Source: an uncultured virus (IMG/VR IMGVR_UViG_3300030329_002885) (lineage: Duplodnaviria > Heunggongvirae > Uroviricota > Caudoviricetes > Crassvirales). From it: a DNA stretch of 64,000 nucleotides. The DNA lies in the IMG/VR virus record IMGVR_UViG_3300030329_002885. One strand, given 5' to 3'. The position numbers and the translations under genes are program-made. Within the stretch, counting starts at the first letter, position 1. Every line of letters begins with the position of its first letter. Below are positions 47,582 through 58,146 of the stretch, one piece after another. The notes under the pieces were generated by a model that worked only from the letters and a program-made list of their open reading frames with translations, searched no databases and was not told the DNA's origin.

Positions 47582-50500
47582 ATGGGAAAACAATCAAACG
47601 ATAAAAAATTTTTAAAAGGATTATTTAAAGATACTGCTCCTATAGATCAACCTGCAGGTACTTGGAGGTATGCTAAAAATATGATATTAAATGATACTGC
47701 AGGAGCTGTTTCTAATGAAGGAGGTAATGAATTGTCAGGACATTTAGGAGATTCTATAGTTGATCCTTTTTTTGGAACTGTAGGAGATACTCATGCTAAA
47801 GTAGTAGGAAAAGTACAAGTAAATAATGATAAAGTAGTTTTATTTTCTATAGATGTTACAGCATTTAATTCAGGAAGAGCACATTCTTCTGAAATTGGTA
47901 TTTGGGTAAATGGAAAATATTCAATATTATTTAAACCAAATATAGATGACTTTCCAACACATTTATTAAATTTTAGTACAATTTATCCAATTGAAGGTAC
48001 TTTTAAAGTTGATTCTAAAGGAGATTTAGTAGTATACTGGACAGATGATACTAACCCTCCACGAGCATTTAATGTTAGTAGACAAGAAAGATGGTTAGTA
48101 AATAATACAGTAACTTCAAAGCCATATGAGTGGTTATATGGAATAGACCCGTCTACTTCACATTTAGATCATTTAAATTTATTAAATTTATTTCCTAATT
48201 CTGGTCCTATACCTCATATATTTTTACACGATATTTATTGGGCAAATGAGATATTTCAAAAATCTGTTACTACAGGAGGAGGACTTCTTACAGGTGTTTA
48301 TCATTTAGGATTGGCTTATGTAGATGATGATCAAGTTTCAACTAATTATGTAACAATTTCTAATCCAGTATCTATTGTAGATGAATATGACCATACAGTA
48401 CCTACACAGAAAAAAGATGGTGCTAAAGCAGGAAGCCAAACTTCAAAAGCAATTAAATGGAAAGTAACTAATCTTAATACGGATTATAAATATATGAGTC
48501 CTGTTATTATTAGAAAAATGGGGGAAGCAACAGAGGCTTTTAAATTAAATGTTATTGAAATAAATCCTGATAAACACGGAGATCAAGCAATTACGTTTAG
48601 TGGATTAGAAGGCTTTACTCCAAGTTCTGTTGAAGATGTGATTATTGATACAACATCTTATGAAACAGCTAAAACAATAAATCAATTAGATGGGGTTTTG
48701 TACCTTGGAAATTTAACAGGTTCTAAAGATTTAGGCTATCAAAAATATGCTAACAATATTAAGCTATCAGCTAAAACTAAAATATTTTATAACTTCGATA
48801 CTTTTTATGCAACTATAGATAATTTACAAACTGGATTTGGTCAAAGTGAAGTTAATGTATTTAATGGAGAGTATAGAAAAGTTGATGCTTCTCAATCGTA
48901 TAGATATATACCTAATATCTATAGTTGGAAGGGTTATATGAGAGATGAAGTATATGCTTTTTATATAGCATTTATTTTAAAAGATGGTAGCATGTCTTAT
49001 GCGTATCATATACCAGGAAGAGCCCCTAATTTAAATAGGCAAGAAATAGATGGTAATGCAGCACTATCAACATATAATGGTAAAAAAATATATGAGCATT
49101 CAGCTTTAGGTGATGATGGTAATGGTTCTTCTGCTAATATGATAACAAATTCTGCAGATTTATTATCTGGTAATAATACTAGGGTATATGAAGATATGCA
49201 CAATTTAAGTTCTGCATACTCTAGAAATTTTCATTTCTTTGATACAAGTGGAGAGGCTGGTTCTAGAGATATGAATTATTGGGAAAATGCTACTGAGTAT
49301 TATCCTAATACTGATAATTATGATATATGGGATGAAACTGGGAAAATAGGAAGTTTAAGAAATGATGGAATATATAATACTGCAGATGTTAATGTAAGGC
49401 ATCATCACTTTCCTTCAAATGCAAATGAAGATTTTACAACAGTTATGATTCCTGATGGAGCTGATCAAAGTGGGGCTAATTGTGTAGTAGAGCCTACAGA
49501 TCTAAGCAGCTTACAATCGGGCTCTGTAACTCCTGGATGGAATGTAACATTTTTTGCTTTTGTTGAGTCTGCTATAGACTTAGGGCCCTTTTCTAATTAT
49601 AAAAGAAAAATTGTTGTAGGTACAAGTGGAAATACTTCAGGTGGTATTCTACCTCCAGCTGGGTATGACTGGAATTTTGGATGTGAACTAGGAACTGGCG
49701 CATCTGATGAATTTTATTATGACGGTTCTCAGGTTTATGCTCCTGAATATGGGTATAAGCCTAGCTGTTCTAGTGGTACTAATTATGATTGGATTTCAGT
49801 TAATAATCCAGTAGTAGCAGCTTCAGAAGTTAATATATTTGCAACTAGCACAACTAATTTTAATAATACTTTAATATCAAAAGTTTTAAAACCTTCTGAT
49901 TCGGGATGGTATTCATTTCAATTTAAAGATTCCACACCTTATGATCAAAATTATAGTGCTCCTAATACTGTTTATGATGTTAGTAAAGAACTACCAACAA
50001 ATAATGCTTTAGCACTTGGATGTCCAACTTATGATAAAAACGATAATACATTTGTAACACATCCTCATGCAAAACAACTAGCAGCTTTTAATGCTCTTTG
50101 GGATGGAACCTCTGGAGTTTTTACAGCAGATCAAGATATGACTGTTAAGGCTTGGATAAGCATGTGGTTTTCAAGCGAGCAACAAGTTTATACAACTTTT
50201 AATAGAGTTGCTATTTTAGCTAGAGTTAAAAGAGCCGACCCTTCAGTTTATTCAAATGGAGTTAGTCCTACTGGCTGGCCTACTATTCTTGGATCTGGAG
50301 CCACTACAAATGTAAGCGGCGGTGTAAGTCAAGGTGCTCATGGAGGACATTTTTTAGTTGATTCTGGTGATTCTTTTTTAAATTATGGAGGTGGTTCTAG
50401 CAATGTTTCTGGGGGTAATTATACTATAGGTAGTAGATTCTGTGCTTGTAGTGATTATGGTTCAGGTGAAGAGTCTCCTAAAAGTTTATATTGGAATAAT

Positions 50501-53500
50501 ATAGATATGGGAGATGGAGAAGAGTTTGAGTTTAATTTAAAGAAAGATGATGAAATACATTTTGGGTTTTTAGTTTATAATGAAAGTGGGGATTTAGATC
50601 CTGATGAAGAAATAAACTTTATGCCTGCTAGTGGTTGTATGGATTTTGATAGTGCATTTGGTAGTAACGGAGACATTCTTAATAACAGTGTTTCAGGATG
50701 GCATAAAAATAATGTTTCTCATTCTCAAATTAAATTTGAAGTTGTAAGTGACGCACAAGATATTGAGCCTTATCACTTTAATGATGTAAAAGTAGAACAC
50801 CAAGTACAAGCTTTAGGATTTACTTTAGATGATATAAAAATACCTAAATCTATTGCAGATCAAGTACAAGGATTTAGAATTTATTATGCAAAAAGAGATC
50901 ATGCTAATAGATCTATTTTAGGGCAAGCGCCTTCACTTCCAATGATGCCTGACGAAACTATAATAGGAATGTGTACAGAAGCGCATAATGCAAGTGATGA
51001 TGATAACAGCGCAGAAATTATGACTGCTTTATCTGATGAGAAAATAAGTATTCTTAGAAAAGCACCTTATGCTACATGGTCAAGTAGTTATCCTGTTTAT
51101 GATAATATATATGATGGTATAGATACTGTTACATCAGATAATGGATATAAGTCATTTCATTTTCCTGATTTTTATTTATTAAGAACTCAAAGCAGTTTAG
51201 CATCAGTAACACATATTAAACCTGTATATATGGTTGAGAATTTTGCCTGGAATGGTCCTAGCATAACACAGGATAAAAAAATGGTTACTCAAATACAACT
51301 AGACAATAGTGCTACTCCTCCTATAAAAAGATTAGTTCAAAATTGGGGATATGACACAGAATATAATTGCTGGTCAAAAAATATAAGAAGTGCATTTTTT
51401 ATAGGATGTCATTATAATAGAATGCAAACTTATCATACAGAAGGAATGTATTATGAAAAAGCCCCATTTGGACTTCCAAAAGTTATTGGCCAAAAAGCTA
51501 TAAGCTATTTAAAAGGTGATAGTATTTTTAAAGCAGAAGCATTAGGGTTTGGAGGAACAGTTGTTAATGAAGTTGGAGAAAGCACTATTATATATAGCTT
51601 AAAAGATAGACATGAAAAAGAAGCTTTGGGACAAAGTCCATCTAGTAGTTGTGGTAGTTTTTCAATTTATGGGGGCACACAAGCTGCAACAGGTTGGGAT
51701 GATAGACCTTTTCTTTTAGTAGGAGACCCATTAACACAGTTATCTGGTAGTTCAAATGGAACTCCTGTAACAGGATGTAATAGAAGAGCTCTTTTACATA
51801 TTGATAATTTATGTGCTTTTAAAACAGATGTGTATAAATCTATTGATGATCAAGAACTAGTTTGGACTGGTTTTGAGGTTGTAGGAAATGATTTAAATAA
51901 TTTTGTATTTTGGGACGAAGAGGCTCTTAATGCTTTACCTGGAAATGCTGCATCTAACTATTCAATAGGACAGCCTGTAGAAATTACATACCAAATAAAC
52001 GATGGTAGTGGGGGTCTTGTAGATACTACTCAGTCTGCTGATTATAGTATCTATACGTTACAATCAGAAATTCAAAGAACAAATAGTGGTAATGTTTATA
52101 ATTCTGAATGGCAACAGTTTCATATTTTTGGAGGAGATACTTTTATTTGTAGATATGGATTTGGAACAGGAATTACATATTCAGATCAAGATTCTAATTC
52201 TCAACCTAGAAGAGCCGGTTATTACCAAATTGTAGAATCTTCAGATAATATAAACTTTAGACATATTGAAGGTACTAAATCTTCATATTTTCCAGGAACA
52301 TCAGGTAGAGATTTATTACTTCTTACAGGAAAAGAAGATTTAACAGAAAAAGATAATATTAAATATAATAGTAACTATTCTACAGTTAATGATATAAGAC
52401 CTGCATTTCCTTTGCCATTACTTCAAGATGATCAAGATGATTTTCCTACAAGAACACATAGAAGTGTTAAAGCTGATACAACTAGTTTAATAGACAACTA
52501 CAGAATATTTAAAGCTAATCAGTTTAAAGACTTACCTAAAAATAGAGGAGACTTATGGAAATTGTCTTCTTTTAACAATTTATTATATTTTCATATGCAA
52601 GAAAGTTTATATGCTGCAAAAGGTAAACAATCTTTACAAATGAAAGATGGTTCCGAATCTTTTGTAGGAAGTGGAGATATATTCCAGCAAGATCCTGATG
52701 AGGTAATCCAAACTAAAGGAGGTTATGGAGGAACACAATCTCAATGGGCTGCATTAACAACTAGAGCAGGTTACTTTTTTGTTGATTCTAATTCTAGGAA
52801 AATATTCTTAATGAAAGATAAATTAAGTGAGATTAGTAAATTAGGAATGGAAAACTGGTTTGAAGACAATATGAAATTTGAATTAGAAGATTATGGTTAT
52901 ACAGGGTGTAGTATAGACAACCCAGTTCAGGGTATGGGCTTTCATTCTGTATACGACCCTATGCATAAAAGAATCTTATTAACTAAAAGAGATATTTCTC
53001 CTACAGAAGACTTTTTAGATGGTTGGAATAAACCTTCGGTTGGAACAACTTTAGACCCAATATGTCAAAGTGTAACTCCTGCAGGTAAGATTAGATTTAA
53101 TGATGATAGGTGTGAATATCAAATATGGGGACAGAAAAAAGTTCAAGCTGCTGGAACACCTAAATGTGCATGGAAACCTCTAGCTCTTAGATGTTTTGGT
53201 AAAAGTAAATATTTTACATGCAGTGGATGGACAATATCTTTCTATACTGAACTAAGTATATGGGGAAGTTTTCATGATTATATTCCTTATATATATTTTA
53301 ACACTTCTACAGATTTCTATTCTTTAACTGATCAGTATGATAGAATAACATATTGTAATGCTTCTATGATTAGTAATAACTATGATCCTCTTTGTAGTAT
53401 TTTTGACCCTTTAGATTTACAGTCATATGCTGGAACTACATTTGGAAATTCTGGTATTTGGAAGCATAATAGTTCTGCTAATCATGGAATATTGTATCAA

Positions 53501-54112
53501 GAAAATACTAAGAACCAATACACAAATGAAGATTGGCTAGTATCTGTAAATCACTTTCCATTTGAATATGAATATATACATAATGAATTTAAAGTAGCAG
53601 ATTCATTATTATCATCTTTTTCTTATACACTAGAAACATTAAACCAAGCTGGTATTTCAGTTTTAGAACATGGGTTTACTAGCTTCTTTGTTTATAATAC
53701 TTTTCAAATATCAGGAGATAAACGAAGTGAAAGATTAGAGTATTTAGTTAACACAAGAAGAATAGGTAACAGTTGGAAAGTTAATGCTTTTAGAGATTTA
53801 GCAGCAATACAAAATCAATCAGGAACTTTAGATATAGCTAATACAAGTGATTATTATATGTCTACAAATACTAATGTTATAGGGGGAATTAATACAGGAA
53901 CTATAACAACTTCTTCTATAAATTCTATGTTTATAATTAATGGGATGAACGAAGATGTAAACGCAGATTATATGGATTTTACTAAAAGATGGCCTAATAG
54001 ACGTAAATTTATAGACAAATGGGTAGGAATTAGATTAATTTATGATAATATATCAAATAATTTATTAAATTTGTATTCTACGAATGTAGTAATACGCAAA
54101 CTATACAGATAA
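47582..54112 (+). CDS. Tail stabilization or muzzle protein (P22 gp10-like) with large insertions
   Basis: KGL.KD.....QP....RYA.N, VYWTD..NPPR, LYLGNL, GYMRDEVYAF.I, VRHHHFP, FGGDTFI, GGTQSQW, SFHDYIP. Confidence 0.8.
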   Translation: MGKQSNDKKFLKGLFKDTAPIDQPAGTWRYAKNMILNDTAGAVSNEGGNELSGHLGDSIVDPFFGTVGDTHAKVVGKVQVNNDKVVLFSIDVTAFNSGRAHSSEIGIWVNGKYSILFKPNIDDFPTHLLNFSTIYPIEGTFKVDSKGDLVVYWTDDTNPPRAFNVSRQERWLVNNTVTSKPYEWLYGIDPSTSHLDHLNLLNLFPNSGPIPHIFLHDIYWANEIFQKSVTTGGGLLTGVYHLGLAYVDDDQVSTNYVTISNPVSIVDEYDHTVPTQKKDGAKAGSQTSKAIKWKVTNLNTDYKYMSPVIIRKMGEATEAFKLNVIEINPDKHGDQAITFSGLEGFTPSSVEDVIIDTTSYETAKTINQLDGVLYLGNLTGSKDLGYQKYANNIKLSAKTKIFYNFDTFYATIDNLQTGFGQSEVNVFNGEYRKVDASQSYRYIPNIYSWKGYMRDEVYAFYIAFILKDGSMSYAYHIPGRAPNLNRQEIDGNAALSTYNGKKIYEHSALGDDGNGSSANMITNSADLLSGNNTRVYEDMHNLSSAYSRNFHFFDTSGEAGSRDMNYWENATEYYPNTDNYDIWDETGKIGSLRNDGIYNTADVNVRHHHFPSNANEDFTTVMIPDGADQSGANCVVEPTDLSSLQSGSVTPGWNVTFFAFVESAIDLGPFSNYKRKIVVGTSGNTSGGILPPAGYDWNFGCELGTGASDEFYYDGSQVYAPEYGYKPSCSSGTNYDWISVNNPVVAASEVNIFATSTTNFNNTLISKVLKPSDSGWYSFQFKDSTPYDQNYSAPNTVYDVSKELPTNNALALGCPTYDKNDNTFVTHPHAKQLAAFNALWDGTSGVFTADQDMTVKAWISMWFSSEQQVYTTFNRVAILARVKRADPSVYSNGVSPTGWPTILGSGATTNVSGGVSQGAHGGHFLVDSGDSFLNYGGGSSNVSGGNYTIGSRFCACSDYGSGEESPKSLYWNNIDMGDGEEFEFNLKKDDEIHFGFLVYNESGDLDPDEEINFMPASGCMDFDSAFGSNGDILNNSVSGWHKNNVSHSQIKFEVVSDAQDIEPYHFNDVKVEHQVQALGFTLDDIKIPKSIADQVQGFRIYYAKRDHANRSILGQAPSLPMMPDETIIGMCTEAHNASDDDNSAEIMTALSDEKISILRKAPYATWSSSYPVYDNIYDGIDTVTSDNGYKSFHFPDFYLLRTQSSLASVTHIKPVYMVENFAWNGPSITQDKKMVTQIQLDNSATPPIKRLVQNWGYDTEYNCWSKNIRSAFFIGCHYNRMQTYHTEGMYYEKAPFGLPKVIGQKAISYLKGDSIFKAEALGFGGTVVNEVGESTIIYSLKDRHEKEALGQSPSSSCGSFSIYGGTQAATGWDDRPFLLVGDPLTQLSGSSNGTPVTGCNRRALLHIDNLCAFKTDVYKSIDDQELVWTGFEVVGNDLNNFVFWDEEALNALPGNAASNYSIGQPVEITYQINDGSGGLVDTTQSADYSIYTLQSEIQRTNSGNVYNSEWQQFHIFGGDTFICRYGFGTGITYSDQDSNSQPRRAGYYQIVESSDNINFRHIEGTKSSYFPGTSGRDLLLLTGKEDLTEKDNIKYNSNYSTVNDIRPAFPLPLLQDDQDDFPTRTHRSVKADTTSLIDNYRIFKANQFKDLPKNRGDLWKLSSFNNLLYFHMQESLYAAKGKQSLQMKDGSESFVGSGDIFQQDPDEVIQTKGGYGGTQSQWAALTTRAGYFFVDSNSRKIFLMKDKLSEISKLGMENWFEDNMKFELEDYGYTGCSIDNPVQGMGFHSVYDPMHKRILLTKRDISPTEDFLDGWNKPSVGTTLDPICQSVTPAGKIRFNDDRCEYQIWGQKKVQAAGTPKCAWKPLALRCFGKSKYFTCSGWTISFYTELSIWGSFHDYIPYIYFNTSTDFYSLTDQYDRITYCNASMISNNYDPLCSIFDPLDLQSYAGTTFGNSGIWKHNSSANHGILYQENTKNQYTNEDWLVSVNHFPFEYEYIHNEFKVADSLLSSFSYTLETLNQAGISVLEHGFTSFFVYNTFQISGDKRSERLEYLVNTRRIGNSWKVNAFRDLAAIQNQSGTLDIANTSDYYMSTNTNVIGGINTGTITTSSINSMFIINGMNEDVNADYMDFTKRWPNRRKFIDKWVGIRLIYDNISNNLLNLYSTNVVIRKLYR

Positions 54113-54113
54113 A

Positions 54114-55355
54114 ATGAACAGACGACAAATAAAAAATAGAAATAAAAGAGCCATGATGTATAACATGGGTGGCTATAAAAGCAGATATAACCTAGGAGGA
54201 ATGGATACTATAGGAAGACCAATTAGACCAATAGGTCCTCAAGGTCCTGTGGGGGCACCCCCTATGCCAGAACAACCTCCACGTCCTGGTACTATGCAGA
54301 CGGGAGGAATGTATGCTGATAATACTGTATCAGGTGCTGGGCGACAACTAAATCCTAGACAGACTGCTGTAACTGTGTTTCAAGAAACTGATCCAAGACT
54401 TCAAGAGCAAAGATTAAAAGCATTACAGGATGAAGAATCTAGATTAAGACAAGCATCTTCTCAAGCTGTTGCTGATGCAGAAAGAATGGCGCAAGAAGGA
54501 GAAATCTTAGGAGAGCGAGCAGCGCTTGAAGGTATGGATCAATTTCAAAAAACAGCAAGCACAATAGAAACAGCTGCAACAGCTCCTATAGCTGGTGAAT
54601 TAGCTGCTCAAAAAAGTGCATTATTTCAAGGAGCAGCAGACGCCTACAGAATACAAAGAGCAGCTAACTTAGCACAGAAAGCATCTCAACTTGGTGGTGG
54701 AGTAGAATCAGCTAAAATGATTCAAAAAGCTAATGACCTTTTACAAGTAGGTAAAGCAGGAACTGAGGGAGCTAGAAGTTTAGGAACTGTAGCAGGAACG
54801 CAAGCAGGTGTACAAACTACAGGGCAAGTGGCTGGAGCAACTGCTGGAGGAACAGGTAGTGCTTTAGCAGCAGGAGCTAAATCATTTTTAAGCTCTGGAG
54901 CAGGTCTTGGATTAGTAGCTTCTGGTTTAGGTTATGGAGTTAAAAAACTTTGGGCAGATGATGATCCAACTACTTTTGATGCTGGAGATGCAGTAGGTAG
55001 TACATTAAGTGGTGCAGGAACAGGTATGGCTATTGGTTCAGTTGTACCAGTTATCGGTACTGGAGTGGGAGCAATTGTTGGGGGATTATACGGTCTTGGT
55101 AAATCTTTCTTTGGTTCTAGAAAAGCTAAAAGAGAAAAAGAAGAAGCAGAAAAAAGACAAAAAAGAAAAATTAAAAGAGCAGTAGATAAACATAATAAAG
55201 AGGTAATGAAATCTTTCACATCTCAAAAGTCAGCTGTTAGAGCAGGAGAGTTAGGCCAAAAAACTTATGCAGGGTATAATTTAGGTGAAAATGTAATTGC
55301 TCAAATGGGAGGAATGAGAATGGGAATTCCTAGATACGGTTACGCAGCCGCTTAA
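54114..55355 (+). CDS. Ejected cargo or pilot protein with glycine-zipper hydrophobic hairpin
   Basis: GAGTGMAIGSVVPVIGTGVGAIVGGLYGLG followed by a basic coiled coil. Confidence 0.6.
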   Translation: MNRRQIKNRNKRAMMYNMGGYKSRYNLGGMDTIGRPIRPIGPQGPVGAPPMPEQPPRPGTMQTGGMYADNTVSGAGRQLNPRQTAVTVFQETDPRLQEQRLKALQDEESRLRQASSQAVADAERMAQEGEILGERAALEGMDQFQKTASTIETAATAPIAGELAAQKSALFQGAADAYRIQRAANLAQKASQLGGGVESAKMIQKANDLLQVGKAGTEGARSLGTVAGTQAGVQTTGQVAGATAGGTGSALAAGAKSFLSSGAGLGLVASGLGYGVKKLWADDDPTTFDAGDAVGSTLSGAGTGMAIGSVVPVIGTGVGAIVGGLYGLGKSFFGSRKAKREKEEAEKRQKRKIKRAVDKHNKEVMKSFTSQKSAVRAGELGQKTYAGYNLGENVIAQMGGMRMGIPRYGYAAA

Positions 55356-55371
55356 AATAAAATAATATAAT

Positions 55372-58146
55372 ATGTTTAGAAAAAAGTTTATAGATAGACT
55401 AAGAGAAAAATATCAAAAAGGAGGACAACGTACAACAATTGATCCAAAAACTTTCCAATTTCTTAGACGAAATAATTTAATAGCTCCAGCACCTGATGGG
55501 GGAACAGTTAAACCTGAAGATACTAGTATAAGAAATAAAATGTATCAAGCTGCTATGAAAGCGACTAACTTTACGTTAGGTCCTGACGCAACTGCAGGAT
55601 TACCTAGTCAATTTATTATGGAAGCTACAGGTATTCCTTCTTTTCTTAGACTTCCAACTTCAGCATCAGAAGCTTATAAAGATCCAAGTGCAAAAAATGT
55701 TTTTAATGCAGCACTTGATGTAGCGGGAGTAGCTGGTGCTGGTAGTGTTATTAGAAGTGCTATTAGACCTGCAACTACTGTAGCACAAAGTACTAGTCCT
55801 GTGATAAATACACTTAGAACAAGTAGAAGTGTTTTAGATAAAGCTAAAAAGATACAACTAGCAAAAAAACATGATCAGTTTAGGACAAAGACTCCTGAAC
55901 AAATGCCTGTAAATACTCCTAAAGTAAATCTAGCAAACTTAATAAAACAAACTCCTGTTTCTGTTTCAGAAACTACAGCCGCACCTATAGTTAATGTTAA
56001 TGTTGATAAGTATAAGATTGATCCTAATCAAGCTAAGCCAGACCTTTCATCATTTTTTCCAACTTCAATGCAAACAGGTGGAATGTATAATCAAATGATA
56101 CAGTATCAGCAAGGTGGAATAGCATTACCTGGAGGAGAAATGCAGCCTATTCCAGGAACTGATGCGGTAGAGTTTATAGGACAAAGCCATGATGAAGGTG
56201 GTATTATGGTTGATCCACAAACAGAAGTAGAAGGTGGAGAAACTATGGATCAAGTAACAATGGCTAAACATGGTGGTAAAAGAAAAGATTATTTCTTCTC
56301 TTCTTATTTAAAAAGAGGAGGTAGATCGTTTGCAGACATACATAAAGATATATTAAAAAAAGGCGGTAATCAAAAAGATATTGATATGTTAGCTAAAATG
56401 CAAGAAAAAGCTGCAGGTAGAAATCCTAAAAAAGTAGCTAAGCTTGGAGGTATAGCAAAATATCAAGCTGGTGGATCAACAGATTTACAAGGAAACTTAA
56501 GGAATATAAACTTATCAAATTATGACATAATAGATGATGGTAGTCCTGTTGATGTACAAGATGTTATATCTGGTAATGTAGATGCTACAATTGATCCTTC
56601 TGATCTTAATACAGATGCTCAAAGCGCTATTAATTTTTTACAAAGATTTCAAAGTAATCGTTTAACTTTAGACGAACTTAGAGAAAAGTATCCTGATTAT
56701 CCTTATCAAGATATATTTTCTTTAGAATTACATCATAAAGAAGTTTTAGATGGAAATGTTAATGCAGACGGATCACCTACTGAACAAGGTAAAGAAAGAG
56801 CCGAAGAAATTAAAGCTTTAGAAGAAAAGAAAGATAATAAAGAAAAGAAAAATAAACCTGTATATACAAGTCCATTTGCAACTAAAGAAGAAGAAAAAGC
56901 ATTCCAAGATTGGGCTAATACACAAGGATATGATACTAAAGGGTATGGGTGGGGACCGGCTAGTCAAGCTATTTATGATCAATATAGTGGTGATTATGAA
57001 ACCTATGTGTCTAATTTAGAAAAAGCCGAAGAAGAGTTAGCTGAAACAGATATTACTAAGATTGATAATGATAAAGATGGAGTCTTTGCTGATGTAGACT
57101 TAGATGACAATGATCCAAAAATAGGAGAAAAAGTAGAAAGTGAAGCTGATAGAATAAAAAGAGAACGACAAGAAAGAAGAGATGCAAGAAGACCTTCTGA
57201 TGATGTTAAATATCAAACACTTTATGATAATTTACATCAGAGAATACTAGATGGAAGAGAACTTGATGCAGATGCACAAGCGGCTTATGATGAGGCTGTT
57301 AATTATTTAGGTGAAGATAGAATGACAACGAGGGAAAGAAAAGCAGAAGCAGATCGTATAGCAGCAGAACAACAGCAATTTGATGAATATAGAAAAGCTG
57401 CTTTAGCTCAAGGCGATACTCCAGAGTTAGCTAAGTGGGCAGGACTTGCACAATTAGCTCCTGCAGTATATGCAATGACACATAAACAACCTGCAGCAGA
57501 GCAAGCTGTGTATACTCCTGGCTTTACTGAGCCTATTGTAGCAGAAAGAGGTAAAGCATCAGATTTAGAAAGAGTTAATTATAATGCTGAAAGAGCAGCT
57601 AATGCTGCAGAGATGAGAGGTATTAATAGATTTATTGAAACTTCTGGAGGTGGACCAGCTAACATAATAAATAAAATGTCTGCTTATGCTAGAAAGCAAG
57701 CAGGTGATATGAAGATTACTGCAGCTGAAACTAGAGCTAATATTGATATAGCTAACAGAGAAGCACAGTTAGAACAACAAATGGAGTTAAGTAACTTACA
57801 AAGAGCTCAACAAGCAGCTACAATTAATGCTCAAATGCAAAGACAAGAAACAGCTAGAATGGATCAAATAGATATGTTTAATGCTCAAGCTAGACAAAAA
57901 CTAAAAGATGATCAAGAAGCTATGAAATATCAAGGTATAGGATTAGCAGCTCAAGGTATAGCTGGAATAGCTGGAGATATTATGTCTTACAGAGGACAAG
58001 AAAGATTAGCTAGAGCTTATGGAAATCAAGGAATCTATGAAAGAGATTTACTTAGAAACTATTTAAGACAAACTGATCCTAAATTTAAAGATATGTCAGA
58101 TCCAGATCTTAATGCATATATAACTCAATTTAATACACAAACATAA
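55372..58146 (+). CDS. Ejected cargo protein
   Basis: G.SH..GG...EVEGGE domain, xxxGG motifs, C-terminal Q/A-rich coiled coil; lies in the cargo block. Confidence 0.6.
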   Translation: MFRKKFIDRLREKYQKGGQRTTIDPKTFQFLRRNNLIAPAPDGGTVKPEDTSIRNKMYQAAMKATNFTLGPDATAGLPSQFIMEATGIPSFLRLPTSASEAYKDPSAKNVFNAALDVAGVAGAGSVIRSAIRPATTVAQSTSPVINTLRTSRSVLDKAKKIQLAKKHDQFRTKTPEQMPVNTPKVNLANLIKQTPVSVSETTAAPIVNVNVDKYKIDPNQAKPDLSSFFPTSMQTGGMYNQMIQYQQGGIALPGGEMQPIPGTDAVEFIGQSHDEGGIMVDPQTEVEGGETMDQVTMAKHGGKRKDYFFSSYLKRGGRSFADIHKDILKKGGNQKDIDMLAKMQEKAAGRNPKKVAKLGGIAKYQAGGSTDLQGNLRNINLSNYDIIDDGSPVDVQDVISGNVDATIDPSDLNTDAQSAINFLQRFQSNRLTLDELREKYPDYPYQDIFSLELHHKEVLDGNVNADGSPTEQGKERAEEIKALEEKKDNKEKKNKPVYTSPFATKEEEKAFQDWANTQGYDTKGYGWGPASQAIYDQYSGDYETYVSNLEKAEEELAETDITKIDNDKDGVFADVDLDDNDPKIGEKVESEADRIKRERQERRDARRPSDDVKYQTLYDNLHQRILDGRELDADAQAAYDEAVNYLGEDRMTTRERKAEADRIAAEQQQFDEYRKAALAQGDTPELAKWAGLAQLAPAVYAMTHKQPAAEQAVYTPGFTEPIVAERGKASDLERVNYNAERAANAAEMRGINRFIETSGGGPANIINKMSAYARKQAGDMKITAAETRANIDIANREAQLEQQMELSNLQRAQQAATINAQMQRQETARMDQIDMFNAQARQKLKDDQEAMKYQGIGLAAQGIAGIAGDIMSYRGQERLARAYGNQGIYERDLLRNYLRQTDPKFKDMSDPDLNAYITQFNTQT

